DNA of 32,000 bases from Streptosporangiaceae bacterium. GTDB taxonomy: Bacteria > Actinomycetota > Actinomycetes > Streptosporangiales > Streptosporangiaceae. The stretch covers positions 93,161-125,160 of the forward strand of contig DATGGU010000012.1 of assembly GCA_035308365.1 (NCBI GenBank). Direction: 5' to 3'. Shown here in pieces: positions 8,522 to 16,771 of this stretch. The first letter of the stretch is position 1, and every line of letters begins with the position of its first letter. Below the pieces are notes generated by a model that ran no database searches, was not told where the DNA came from, and saw nothing but the letters and a program-made list of their open reading frames with translations. A program made the translations under genes and the position numbers.

Positions 8522-9178
8522 TTAGCTGACCGGCCTATTCTCAAGACTCCATTCCAGCATCCCGCCGTTCAGCCGCCTGGCCCGCCAGCCATTGGACCGC
8601 AGCAAGCGGACGGCCGCATAAGCGAGCACGCAGTACTCGCCCCGGCAGTATGCTACGACCTCGAGATCAGCGGGTAGTTCGGACAGCCGCTGGCATAGTT
8701 CGTCCAGCGGTATTCCGATTGCACCCTCGATGTGCGCGGCGGTGAACTCCGTCGCCGGCCGCACGTCGAGCAGGACCAGTTCGCCGTTCCTGAGCCCGTC
8801 GAGCAGGTCGTCCCGGCTGATCGCCTCGACCTCGTCTTCCCCGAGAAACTCTCTGGCCACCCGCTCGGTCTCGGCCAGGTACATCATCGCCACGTCGCGC
8901 AGCATGACATAAAGCCTGGCCACGTCGCCGGCGGCCAGCCGGTAGTAGATCCGGGCCCCGTCCCTGCGGCCGCGCACCAGCCCGCCGGCCCGCAGCGTCT
9001 GCAGGTGTGCCGAGGCCGTGGTGAGCTTGAGTGCGGTGGCCTGGGCCAGTGACTCCACGGTACGCTCGCCCTGCGCGAGCACGTCTATGATCTGCAGCCT
9101 TTTCGGGTTCGCCAGCGCCTTACCGACGCGAGCCAGCTGATCGAAAAGTGCATCCTTTGTGCGAGCGCGATCAGACAT
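8522..9178 (-). CDS. ArsR/SmtB-family HTH regulator fused to a C-terminal rhodanese domain
   Basis: ArsR wHTH (LANPKRLQIIDVLAQGERTVESLAQATALKLTTASAHLQTLRAGGLV). Rhodanese domain (LLDVRPATEFTAAHIEGAIGIP ... VVAYCRGEYC active-site loop). Confidence 0.85.
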   Translation of the reverse strand: MSDRARTKDALFDQLARVGKALANPKRLQIIDVLAQGERTVESLAQATALKLTTASAHLQTLRAGGLVRGRRDGARIYYRLAAGDVARLYVMLRDVAMMYLAETERVAREFLGEDEVEAISRDDLLDGLRNGELVLLDVRPATEFTAAHIEGAIGIPLDELCQRLSELPADLEVVAYCRGEYCVLAYAAVRLLRSNGWRARRLNGGMLEWSLENRPVS

Positions 9179-9347
9179 GTCAAGAGTCTCTCACGGCCGT
9201 TATCTCATACCTATATGGCGGCGCCTAATACGGGGTTCAGCCCACTAGTACCTGTGCCGGTTCGCCGCTAGACTCCCGTCGATCGCCGGCCGCTTTGGGC
9301 CGGCCCTCAGATAATGGGCCTTGACATTTCACTGAGTTCACGGACTG

Positions 9348-10529
9348 GTGATTACTGTGGATGCCGTAGCCTTTCCCCGGCCGATGACTCAAGACGGCCT
9401 GCCCGATCCCCTGCTGCTCGAGCTGGCCGCGGACAACCCCGTGCTGCCCGTCGCCGGGCCAGGCGGCAAGGCGTGGCTGATCACCGGCCACGAAGCCGTT
9501 CGCGAGGCGCTGTCCGAGCCCTCCCGGTTCACCAGCGTCATCGATCCGGCGGTGACCGACGCCAGGGCCCGCGCGGGTGTGTCGATGGTGGGGCTGGACC
9601 CACCCGACCACACCCGGGTACGGAAGCTGGCCGCGAAGGCCTTCACCGCCCGGCGCATCCAGGGGCTCGTGCCGAGCGTGGAACGTGTGGTCACCACGTT
9701 GCTGGACGCGATGGCGGAGGCCGGCCCGCCGGCCGACCTGGTGACGTCGCTCGCGGTGCCCCTCCCGCTGCACATGATGTGCCAGATGCTCGATCTGCCG
9801 GCCGAGGACCAGCCCGGCTTCCTGCGCTGGTCCGACGTGTTCACCGGCATGAACACCGGCTACACGATGGAGGAAGTCGCCGACGCCAACGACAAGCTGC
9901 ACGCCTACATGCTCGATCTGGCGGCGCGGCGCAGGAAGCACCTGGGCGAAGACCTGTTGTCCGATCTTATCCGCGCCCGCGATGGCGAGGACGCCCTGAC
10001 CGAGCAGGAACTGCTCAACACGATGGTCCTGTTGCTGGTGGCCGGGCACCAGACCACGGTGCGCGCCATCGCCAGGAGCGTGCTGGTCCTGCTCCACTCG
10101 GGTCAGTGGAAGCGGTTCGCCGCGGCCGAGGTCACCGCCGAGCAGGTGGTCGAGGAGGCGTTGCGGCACCAGACGCCGATCGACACCGGCCTGTTCCGCC
10201 GGGCTGCCGTGGACACCGAGATCGCCGGTGTCCAGATCAAGGCCGGCGAGCAGGTGTTCCTCAGCGTGCACCTGGCCAACTTCGACCGCAACGCCTGGCA
10301 CGAGCCGCACGTGTTCGACCCCGGCCGCGGTGACCAGCGGCACCTGGCATTCGGCCACGGTGTCCACTTCTGCCTCGGCGCGCCGCTGGCCAGACTGGAG
10401 CTCAGCACCGCCCTCAGCCTGCTGGCGGCCCGGTTCCCCGGCCTGCGGATGGACGTCCCGCTTGACGAGCTGACCTGGACGGTGGGTTCATGGCTCAACA
10501 GCCTGGTCGCTCTTCCCGTCACCTGGTGA
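9348..10529 (+). CDS. Cytochrome P450
   Basis: Heme-binding loop FGHGVHFCLGAPLARLE, EXXR (EEALRH) and I-helix LLVAGHQTT. The start is GTG at 9348, with ATG at 9384 as an alternative. Confidence 0.9.
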   Translation: MITVDAVAFPRPMTQDGLPDPLLLELAADNPVLPVAGPGGKAWLITGHEAVREALSEPSRFTSVIDPAVTDARARAGVSMVGLDPPDHTRVRKLAAKAFTARRIQGLVPSVERVVTTLLDAMAEAGPPADLVTSLAVPLPLHMMCQMLDLPAEDQPGFLRWSDVFTGMNTGYTMEEVADANDKLHAYMLDLAARRRKHLGEDLLSDLIRARDGEDALTEQELLNTMVLLLVAGHQTTVRAIARSVLVLLHSGQWKRFAAAEVTAEQVVEEALRHQTPIDTGLFRRAAVDTEIAGVQIKAGEQVFLSVHLANFDRNAWHEPHVFDPGRGDQRHLAFGHGVHFCLGAPLARLELSTALSLLAARFPGLRMDVPLDELTWTVGSWLNSLVALPVTW

Positions 10530-10648
10530 CGCCTGCCCATCCGATGTGCGACACTCCGCAATGCGTATCTTGGCCAATCGCTCGCGATGCTATTCCAGAA
10601 AGGACGCCAGCCCTGCCCACCCCACCAGGCTGGCCGCTATCACCGCGC

Positions 10649-10677
10649 GGACGGCGGAATAATGAATTCCGCCGTCC
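10649..10677 (+). terminator. Strong hairpin downstream of the P450 gene (terminator or attenuator candidate)
   Basis: 12-bp perfect stem GGACGGCGGAAT / ATTCCGCCGTCC with an AATGA loop. There is no U-tract. It lies 120 nt after the P450 stop and 27 nt before the decarboxylase ATG. Confidence 0.4.
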
Positions 10678-10703
10678 CCGCCCGTTAACTGAATGGTCAG
10701 CCG

Positions 10704-12197
10704 ATGAGCATCGAAATCAGTGCTGCGGACCGGGCGAAGCTACTGCATGCCCTGGTGGAAGAGATCGAAAACTATCTTGATACCGCGGCCGATGACACTG
10801 GCCGCTCGCCGGTGGCCGATGCGGACGTCGACGAGCTGCTGGCCGCCTTTGATTTCGATCAGCCGGTAGCCGCGGCCGATGCCCTGGATCTAGCCATTCG
10901 CGGATTGCGTGATATGCAGCCGCGCACCCGGCACCGGCGGTATTTCGGATTGTTCGATGCCACCCCCACGACCATGTCAATTATCGGTGAAGCGCTGTCC
11001 GCCACCTTCAACCCATGCCTGGCCACCCGCAACGGGAGCCCGTTCGGCATCGCCGCGGAGGAAAAGCTGGTTGCCGCATTTGGCGAGAAATTCGGTTATC
11101 CGCCCTGCGAGGTGGACGGAATCCTGACCAGCGGCGGGTCGGAGACGAATCTTTCGGCCATGCTGATGGCCCTTACCCACCGGATTCCCAGCTATCCGCA
11201 GACCGGCCTGATCGGGCTGGCCAGCCGTCCGGTCGTTTACGTTTCGCCGGAGGCCCACCCATCGGTGCCGCGTGCGGCCCGCCTGACCGGCCTGGGTGCC
11301 GAGTCGGTGCGCGAGGTTGAGACCGACTGCGCGCAGCGCATGGACCTGGCCGCGCTGGAGAAGATGATCGTCGCCGACCAGCGGGCCGGGCTGACGCCGG
11401 TTGCCGTGGTGGTGACCGCGGGCACAACCGGCGCGGGCGCCATCGACCCGATCGACGGAGCCGCCTGCATCGCTGCCAGGCACGGGCTGTGGCTGCACGT
11501 CGATGCGGCGTGGGGCGGCGCGGCCGCGCTGCTGCCCGATCCCGACCCGGCATTCCAGGGCCTGGCCAGGGCGGACTCGCTCACCTTCGACCCGCACAAG
11601 TGGATGTCGGTGCCGCTTGGCCTGGGAATGCTGCTCACCCGCCATCGTGGCCTGCTGGCCAGGACCTTCTCGGCCGGCCCGACATTTCTCGACGCCGATG
11701 GGCGGGAGGCGGAGCCATTCAGCCGGTCGCTGCGCTGGTCCCGTAGCTTCGCAGCACTGAAACTGCTGCTTTCACTCGCGGTGACCGGCTGGCAAGGGTT
11801 CGAGGAAACCTTGCGGCAGCAGATGAGGCTGGCCGACGAATTGCGCAAAGGGCTGGCCGGATCGGGCTGGCAGATCGTCAATGACACACCACTGCCGCTG
11901 GTTTGTTTCCTGCCGGCCGACCGGGCCGAACAGCACCCGCACAGATTGCGACTTATCGCCAGGGCCATCAATTCCACCGGTGACGCTCATATCTTCGTGG
12001 TCAAGTCCGGCGGACGGCACGTGCTGCGAGCCTCCATCACGAACTACGCGACCACGGAAGCGGACGTCGTGGCGCTGATCGGCCTGCTCGACGACGCGGC
12101 CCGGCGGTCACAGGGCTTACCCGGCCCGTCACACAACCGGCCCGCATGGGAGGTGCCGCCGCGATGGTCGATACGAAGACCGCGAGCCCCCCGCTGA
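10704..12197 (+). CDS. Group II pyridoxal-phosphate-dependent decarboxylase
   Basis: SGGSETNLSAM, HVDAAWGG and the PLP-lysine motif DPHKWMSVPLG. Confidence 0.85.
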   Translation: MSIEISAADRAKLLHALVEEIENYLDTAADDTGRSPVADADVDELLAAFDFDQPVAAADALDLAIRGLRDMQPRTRHRRYFGLFDATPTTMSIIGEALSATFNPCLATRNGSPFGIAAEEKLVAAFGEKFGYPPCEVDGILTSGGSETNLSAMLMALTHRIPSYPQTGLIGLASRPVVYVSPEAHPSVPRAARLTGLGAESVREVETDCAQRMDLAALEKMIVADQRAGLTPVAVVVTAGTTGAGAIDPIDGAACIAARHGLWLHVDAAWGGAAALLPDPDPAFQGLARADSLTFDPHKWMSVPLGLGMLLTRHRGLLARTFSAGPTFLDADGREAEPFSRSLRWSRSFAALKLLLSLAVTGWQGFEETLRQQMRLADELRKGLAGSGWQIVNDTPLPLVCFLPADRAEQHPHRLRLIARAINSTGDAHIFVVKSGGRHVLRASITNYATTEADVVALIGLLDDAARRSQGLPGPSHNRPAWEVPPRWSIRRPRAPR

Positions 12198-13450
12198 CCT
12201 CATGGCGCCGGGACTTCCGGCAGCTCTGGACAGCGCAGACGGTGTCGTCGTTCGGCAGCCAGATCACCACGGTGGCGCTGCCGCTGACGGCCGCGGGGCT
12301 GCTGCACGCCAGCGCGGGGGAGATGGGCATACTCGCGGCCGGGTCCACCCTGCCCAACCTGCTGTTCTCGTTCTATTTCGGGGCGCTGGTCGACCGGGTC
12401 TTCCGGCGCTGGGCGCTGCTGGTGTGGGCCGACCTGATCCGGATGGTGCTGCTCGCCCTGATCCCGGTGGCATGGGCGGCCGGTTTCCTGTCGGTCGGCC
12501 TGCTGATCGGCATCGCGTTCGTGACCGGCGCGGCCAGCCTGTCGTTCGGGATCACCTGGTCCGCGTATCTGCCCTCGGTGGTTCCGGCCGGCAACCTGGT
12601 CGAAGCGAACAGCAAGCTGCAGGCCAGCATGACGATCGCCGATCTCGGCGGTGTCAGCCTGGCCGGAGCGCTCGTGCAGCTCTTCGGCGCGCCCAACGCG
12701 ATGACCATCGACGCCGTCTCGTTCGCCTTCTCGGCGGTGTTCCTGGCCCGGATGCGTTACCGGGACGGCCAGAAGCCCGCCCCGCGTGAGGGCAAGCCCA
12801 ACATGTGGCGCGAGGTGGGCGAGGGCCTTCGGTACTGCGTCAGCGAACCGCGGCTCCGGGCGATCGCCGGGGCGGCGGCCAACCTGAACCTGTTCAGCAG
12901 CGTCGCCCTGGCGCTCGGCATCCTGTTCCTCAACCGGACACTGCGGATTCCGCCATACCTGATCAGCCTGATCTTCGCCGCGTGGGGAGTGGGCGCCGTG
13001 GGGGGCTCGCTGCTGGCCCCGATGCTGGGACGGCGGTTCACCGAGGGGCGCACGATCATCGCCGCGTCGGCCGTCTTCTCCGTCGCCCTGTTCGCCTACC
13101 CGCCGGTGCACGGGCCGGTGTGGTTCGAGTCCACCGCGCTGATCATCGTCAACATCGCCTTCGGCTTCGCGGTGTTCGTCTTCGACGTGCACACTGCCGC
13201 GCTGCGCCAGGTGATATCCCCGGACGAGCTGCAGGGCCGGACCGCGTCGGCGATGGCGTTCGTGACCCAGGGGGTCAAGCCGGCCGGCGCCCTGCTCGGC
13301 GGCGTGCTGGGCGAGACCATCGGAATCCGGGGGGCGCTGTGGTTCGCCGCCGCCGGAACGATCACCACCGTGCTGTGGACCTACCGGTCCCCCCTGCGCC
13401 TGGGGAAGGGAGCCGAGGCCGTCACGGCCGAACCAGATCCAGTGACCTGA
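12164..13450 (+). CDS. MFS transporter
   Basis: About 12 hydrophobic segments. N-terminus is WRRDFRQLWTAQTVSSFGSQ, typical of the EntS/MFS_3-like group. ATG at 12164 lies 10 nt after GGGAGG and is preferred over 12146. Confidence 0.8.
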   Translation: MVDTKTASPPLTSWRRDFRQLWTAQTVSSFGSQITTVALPLTAAGLLHASAGEMGILAAGSTLPNLLFSFYFGALVDRVFRRWALLVWADLIRMVLLALIPVAWAAGFLSVGLLIGIAFVTGAASLSFGITWSAYLPSVVPAGNLVEANSKLQASMTIADLGGVSLAGALVQLFGAPNAMTIDAVSFAFSAVFLARMRYRDGQKPAPREGKPNMWREVGEGLRYCVSEPRLRAIAGAAANLNLFSSVALALGILFLNRTLRIPPYLISLIFAAWGVGAVGGSLLAPMLGRRFTEGRTIIAASAVFSVALFAYPPVHGPVWFESTALIIVNIAFGFAVFVFDVHTAALRQVISPDELQGRTASAMAFVTQGVKPAGALLGGVLGETIGIRGALWFAAAGTITTVLWTYRSPLRLGKGAEAVTAEPDPVT

Positions 13451-13468
13451 ACAAGCCTTGGAGACGTC

Positions 13469-14728
13469 ATCAAAGTCCTGTTCTTTGTCATCCCGGCGCA
13501 CAGCGACCTGCATTCGGTAATCCCGGTCGCCGAGGAACTTGTTGCCCGGGGCGATCAGCCGGTCCTCTACCTCACCGGGGAATTCGCCCCTGCGGTGCGG
13601 CGGGCCGGTGCGCAGTTCCGGCCGCTCGATCCCGCCGTCGACCTGTATGGGGAGCTTTCCAGCGGGAATCCGCTCGCTTCCATCGCAGATGCCGGAAAGG
13701 TCATCGAGCGGATGGGACCGTTGGTTGCCAACCTGCTCGTCGAGGGCCTGCGGGTGGTGCCGGCCATGATAGACGCGGTCCGTGCGGAGAATGCGGACTG
13801 CATCGTCTACAACCCCATGTGCCCGTGGGGCATCGCATTGGCGAGGATGCTCGGCCTGCCGGCGGTCACCTTCTCCACGACCTTCGTGATGAAGCCCGGA
13901 TCGGACTTCGAGCAGATGTTCGCCACCTCCGCGAACGCGGAGAAGATGGCGGCCACCTGGGACTACGTCCGGCGCAGCGTCGATGAACTGCACACCTTGC
14001 ACGGCGTCCCACCGCTGCGGCTGAGCGACATGTTCTCCCCCTGCGAGCCGGCGAACATCGTGCCGATCATCCGGGAGTTCCAGCCCGATGCCGCCAGCCT
14101 GGACGAGCGCTACCTGTTCACCGGCCCATCGATCCGCGGCGGCGGCACCGATCCCGGCTTCCCGCTCGATCACCTGGACGGCGGGCCCGGCCTGTATATT
14201 TCGCTCGGCACGGCCATCAGCCGCGGATCCGGATCACGGTTCGCCCGCCTCTGCTTCGATGCGTTCGGCGGTACCGGCTGGCGGGTGGTGCTGTCCGCCG
14301 GGGCCGGGACCGACCTGGCCTCGCTGGGCACGCCGCCCGCCAACTTCCTGGTCCGCGGCCACGTCCCGCAACTTGACGTGCTCCGCCGGGCGGACGTCTT
14401 CGTCACCCATGGCGGCGTCAACTCGGTCATGGAAGCCATGTGGCACGGCGTTCCGCTGGTCGCGATCCCGCACACGATCGAGCAGCTGATGTTCGCCGAC
14501 CGGGCCGCCCAGCTCGGCCTGGGAGTCAGGCTCGACCCAGCCGGCATCACCGCCGGTGCCCTGCGCGTGGCGGTGGACTCGGTCGCCGCCGATCCCGGCT
14601 ACCGGGCCAGGCTCGCCGGGATATCGGCAGCGGCCAGGCAGGCCGGCGGGTACCAGCGGGCCGCGGATGCCATTGCGCAGGCCGCCAGCCGGTCAGTTCT
14701 TTCCAGCCAGCCCACTGCCGCGATATGA
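13469..14728 (+). CDS. MGT-family (macrolide-type, GT1) glycosyltransferase; start codon uncertain
   Basis: C-terminal signature HGGVNSVMEAMWHGVPLVAIPHTIEQ. The conserved N-terminus (IKVLFFVIPAHSDLHSVIPVAEELVARG...EFAPAVRRAGA) is in frame upstream of the track start at 13595. It has no ATG, GTG or TTG; the candidate is ATC at 13469 after GGAGA. Confidence 0.7.
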   Translation: MKVLFFVIPAHSDLHSVIPVAEELVARGDQPVLYLTGEFAPAVRRAGAQFRPLDPAVDLYGELSSGNPLASIADAGKVIERMGPLVANLLVEGLRVVPAMIDAVRAENADCIVYNPMCPWGIALARMLGLPAVTFSTTFVMKPGSDFEQMFATSANAEKMAATWDYVRRSVDELHTLHGVPPLRLSDMFSPCEPANIVPIIREFQPDAASLDERYLFTGPSIRGGGTDPGFPLDHLDGGPGLYISLGTAISRGSGSRFARLCFDAFGGTGWRVVLSAGAGTDLASLGTPPANFLVRGHVPQLDVLRRADVFVTHGGVNSVMEAMWHGVPLVAIPHTIEQLMFADRAAQLGLGVRLDPAGITAGALRVAVDSVAADPGYRARLAGISAAARQAGGYQRAADAIAQAASRSVLSSQPTAAI

Positions 14729-15642
14729 CCAGGGAAAAGTTTACGATGGCCGAAACGCCGGAGCTGCCGCCGATCGTGTGCGCGGTGGACGACCGTTACG
14801 TCAGCCCGCTCTGTGTCTTCATGCAGTCGCTGTCCGCGGCCCACCCCGGCCTGCCGCTCCGGGTGATCGTGATGCACCAGGGCCTGACCGACGGCAACTG
14901 CCACCGAATCCATTTCCACGCCGAACGGCTCGGGCTGCGAGCCGAACTGCGGGCGGCGCCGGGGGTGGACCCGAGGTACCCGGTGAGCATGTGGGTGACC
15001 GACGCGACGTATCTGCGGCTTGCGTTGCCGGATGTGGTCACGGACTACCCGCTCGCCTTGTACATGGACGTGGATCTCATTGTCCTGCGGGATCTGCGCC
15101 GCCTGCTGACCACCGGGCTGGACGGGTTCCCGCTGGCCGCGGTCCGTGACCCGCTCAACCCGACGCTGGGCACCGGATTCGGCCTGCCCGGCTGGCAGAA
15201 CCTTGGCCTGCCTGCCTCCAGGGAATACTTCAACGGCGGCGTCATACTCTTCAACCTGCCCGAATGCCGCCGGCGCGGGACCTTTGAAGCGAGCCAGCGA
15301 TTCGCCCGTGATATGCCGCGACACATTTTGTTCTGGGACCAGGACGCGCTGAACTGGGCAGTGGACGACACATGGCTGCGGCTGGACAGATGCTGGAACA
15401 CATTGTCGGTATCAGCGCTGAGCGAGACGTTCCAGGACTGGAAATACCTCGCCGAAGACGTCCTGCCGTTCAGCCGGCTCATCGAGGACGAGCGCACGGC
15501 CGCGGTGTTCCACTTCGCGGGCCCGCTCAAGCCGTGGAATCCGGACTATCCGGCCGGCCCGGCCCGTGATCTCTACGCGTCTTTCGCCCGGCAGGTCGCC
15601 GGCAGCGAGCCGCTGGCAGGTGTGACTGAGGAGAAGGCATGA
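14725..15642 (+). CDS. Family 8 glycosyltransferase (retaining; LPS glycosyltransferase/glycogenin-like)
   Basis: CAVDDRYV, DxD (YMDVDLIV), YFNGGVILFNL and WDQDALN. ATG at 14725 overlaps the upstream stop (ATGA). Confidence 0.85.
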   Translation: MTREKFTMAETPELPPIVCAVDDRYVSPLCVFMQSLSAAHPGLPLRVIVMHQGLTDGNCHRIHFHAERLGLRAELRAAPGVDPRYPVSMWVTDATYLRLALPDVVTDYPLALYMDVDLIVLRDLRRLLTTGLDGFPLAAVRDPLNPTLGTGFGLPGWQNLGLPASREYFNGGVILFNLPECRRRGTFEASQRFARDMPRHILFWDQDALNWAVDDTWLRLDRCWNTLSVSALSETFQDWKYLAEDVLPFSRLIEDERTAAVFHFAGPLKPWNPDYPAGPARDLYASFARQVAGSEPLAGVTEEKA

Positions 15643-16232
15643 GTTCCCAGCGCAGCGAGGTCGCCGAAAGAAAGTCCCCGGCAGTTGCCACTCCCGTCAC
15701 ACTGGGCCTGCGCACCGGCCCACTCGGCCGTGCCATCCGGCTGTTCGGTGCCGTGGTGCTGGGCCTGGGGGTGTCCTCCTTCATCCAGACCGGAGTCGGT
15801 CATTTCGGCCGGGCCAGCGAGGTGCGATCGCCCACCATGTGGGTGCTCACCGTGATCGTGGCGATCCTCCTGGTCGACCTGATCGTCAGGTTCCTGCCGT
15901 TCCCCCGCGTGGTCCGAGGGGTCATCCTGGCCGCGGTGGTCATCGCGGTGATCGTGACGGCGGCCATCCGCGCCGCGTCCCCGGGGCCGCTGTGGGGCCC
16001 GCCGCTGAGCAGCCTGGTCTGGTGGATCGACGTGGCCGACCTGAGCTTCTCCACCGCCAGCCTGGTGCTCTCCATCCCGATCGGCACTCCTGGCTGCGAA
16101 AAGGTGGCGTGGGCCGAGTTGTACGTCATGCTGCGCGGCGGCCGGCGGCCGGCCGGGAGATGGTGCGTCGGCGGATTGCATGTTGTCGACAACTGGGAGA
16201 TCGCGCGCCGGCTCAGACGTGCTCAGGCCTGA
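15639..16232 (+). CDS. Hypothetical polytopic membrane protein with a GCE...C motif
   Basis: Its start overlaps the GT8 stop (ATGA). It has 4-5 hydrophobic helices. The C-terminal motif is IGTPGCEKVAWAELYVMLRGGRRPAGRWC. Confidence 0.6.
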   Translation: MSSQRSEVAERKSPAVATPVTLGLRTGPLGRAIRLFGAVVLGLGVSSFIQTGVGHFGRASEVRSPTMWVLTVIVAILLVDLIVRFLPFPRVVRGVILAAVVIAVIVTAAIRAASPGPLWGPPLSSLVWWIDVADLSFSTASLVLSIPIGTPGCEKVAWAELYVMLRGGRRPAGRWCVGGLHVVDNWEIARRLRRAQA

Positions 16233-16277
16233 CATATTCGCCTTACCGGAAGTATCATGGCGGCATGATATTCGCCT
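16229..16277 (+). promoter_or_regulatory. Candidate promoter plus operator ahead of the methyltransferase/HgcAB-like operon
   Basis: CTGACA (16229-16234), an 18-nt spacer, then TATCAT (16253-16258). A 7-bp inverted repeat TATCATG-GCGG-CATGATA (16253-16270) overlaps the -10. It is flanked by the 10-nt direct repeat ATATTCGCCT at 16234 and 16268. The patch is AT-rich within GC-rich DNA. Confidence 0.3.
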
Positions 16278-16307
16278 ATCCGGATGAGTCAGGATGAAGG
16301 AGGCCGC

Positions 16308-16748
16308 ATGCGAGGGCGTTCCGGCCGCTCCTGCTGTGCCCAGGAACCTTCCCTGGGCACCGCCGACCGGTACCTGACCGGGGAGCGGCGCCGGGTCATG
16401 GTGCGCCGGGCGATCCTGGTTGTATCGGCCGCACTATTTGTGGCGGCCGTCACGATATCGGCGTCAGGGGTGGGGCAGGCGGCGCTCGCTCACCGATTGT
16501 GCTGGGGGTCTGCCATCTGCGCGTCCGGCCTTGCGGCCACCTGGATCCGGCAGGCGATGACCACCGGGCGGCCCGGCTGGCGGCTGCTGGCCGCGGTGGC
16601 CGCGGTGGCCGCCGGCATCGCCTGGCAGCCGGTCATCCCGGCGGCCGCGGCCGTCGCCGCGCTGACCGAGCACACGCTGCGCCGGGGCGCCGTCCCGGTG
16701 CTCACCGCGCGAGCCGGTTCCCGTCAGGTAGCCAGGACGAACGGCTGA
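16308..16748 (+). CDS. Small hypothetical membrane protein
   Basis: ATG at 16308 lies 4 nt after a strong SD (GAAGGAGG). It has three hydrophobic, Ala-rich segments, high GC3 in the distal two-thirds and an N-terminal CC pair. I recognised no family. Confidence 0.45.
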   Translation: MRGRSGRSCCAQEPSLGTADRYLTGERRRVMVRRAILVVSAALFVAAVTISASGVGQAALAHRLCWGSAICASGLAATWIRQAMTTGRPGWRLLAAVAAVAAGIAWQPVIPAAAAVAALTEHTLRRGAVPVLTARAGSRQVARTNG

Positions 16749-16771
16749 CTCCGGTGTCCTCGTTCGTCTTC

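Noticed and set aside
9237-10367. 376-aa minus-strand ORF and the 339-aa plus-strand ORF at 9314..10333
   Set aside because: Both overlap the P450 gene, which has unambiguous heme-loop, EXXR and I-helix motifs in another frame. Their composition is shadow-like.
12200-14173. 657-aa minus-strand ORF
   Set aside because: It is antisense to the MFS and MGT genes, extremely Arg/Gly/Asp/Pro-rich and has no domain signatures.
14440-14724. Upstream extension of the GT8 ORF, and similarly 16499..16771 for the methyltransferase ORF
   Set aside because: The extensions overlap the preceding genes in another frame and are Arg/Pro-rich. Homology begins near ATG 14725 (ATGA coupling) and ATG 16772.
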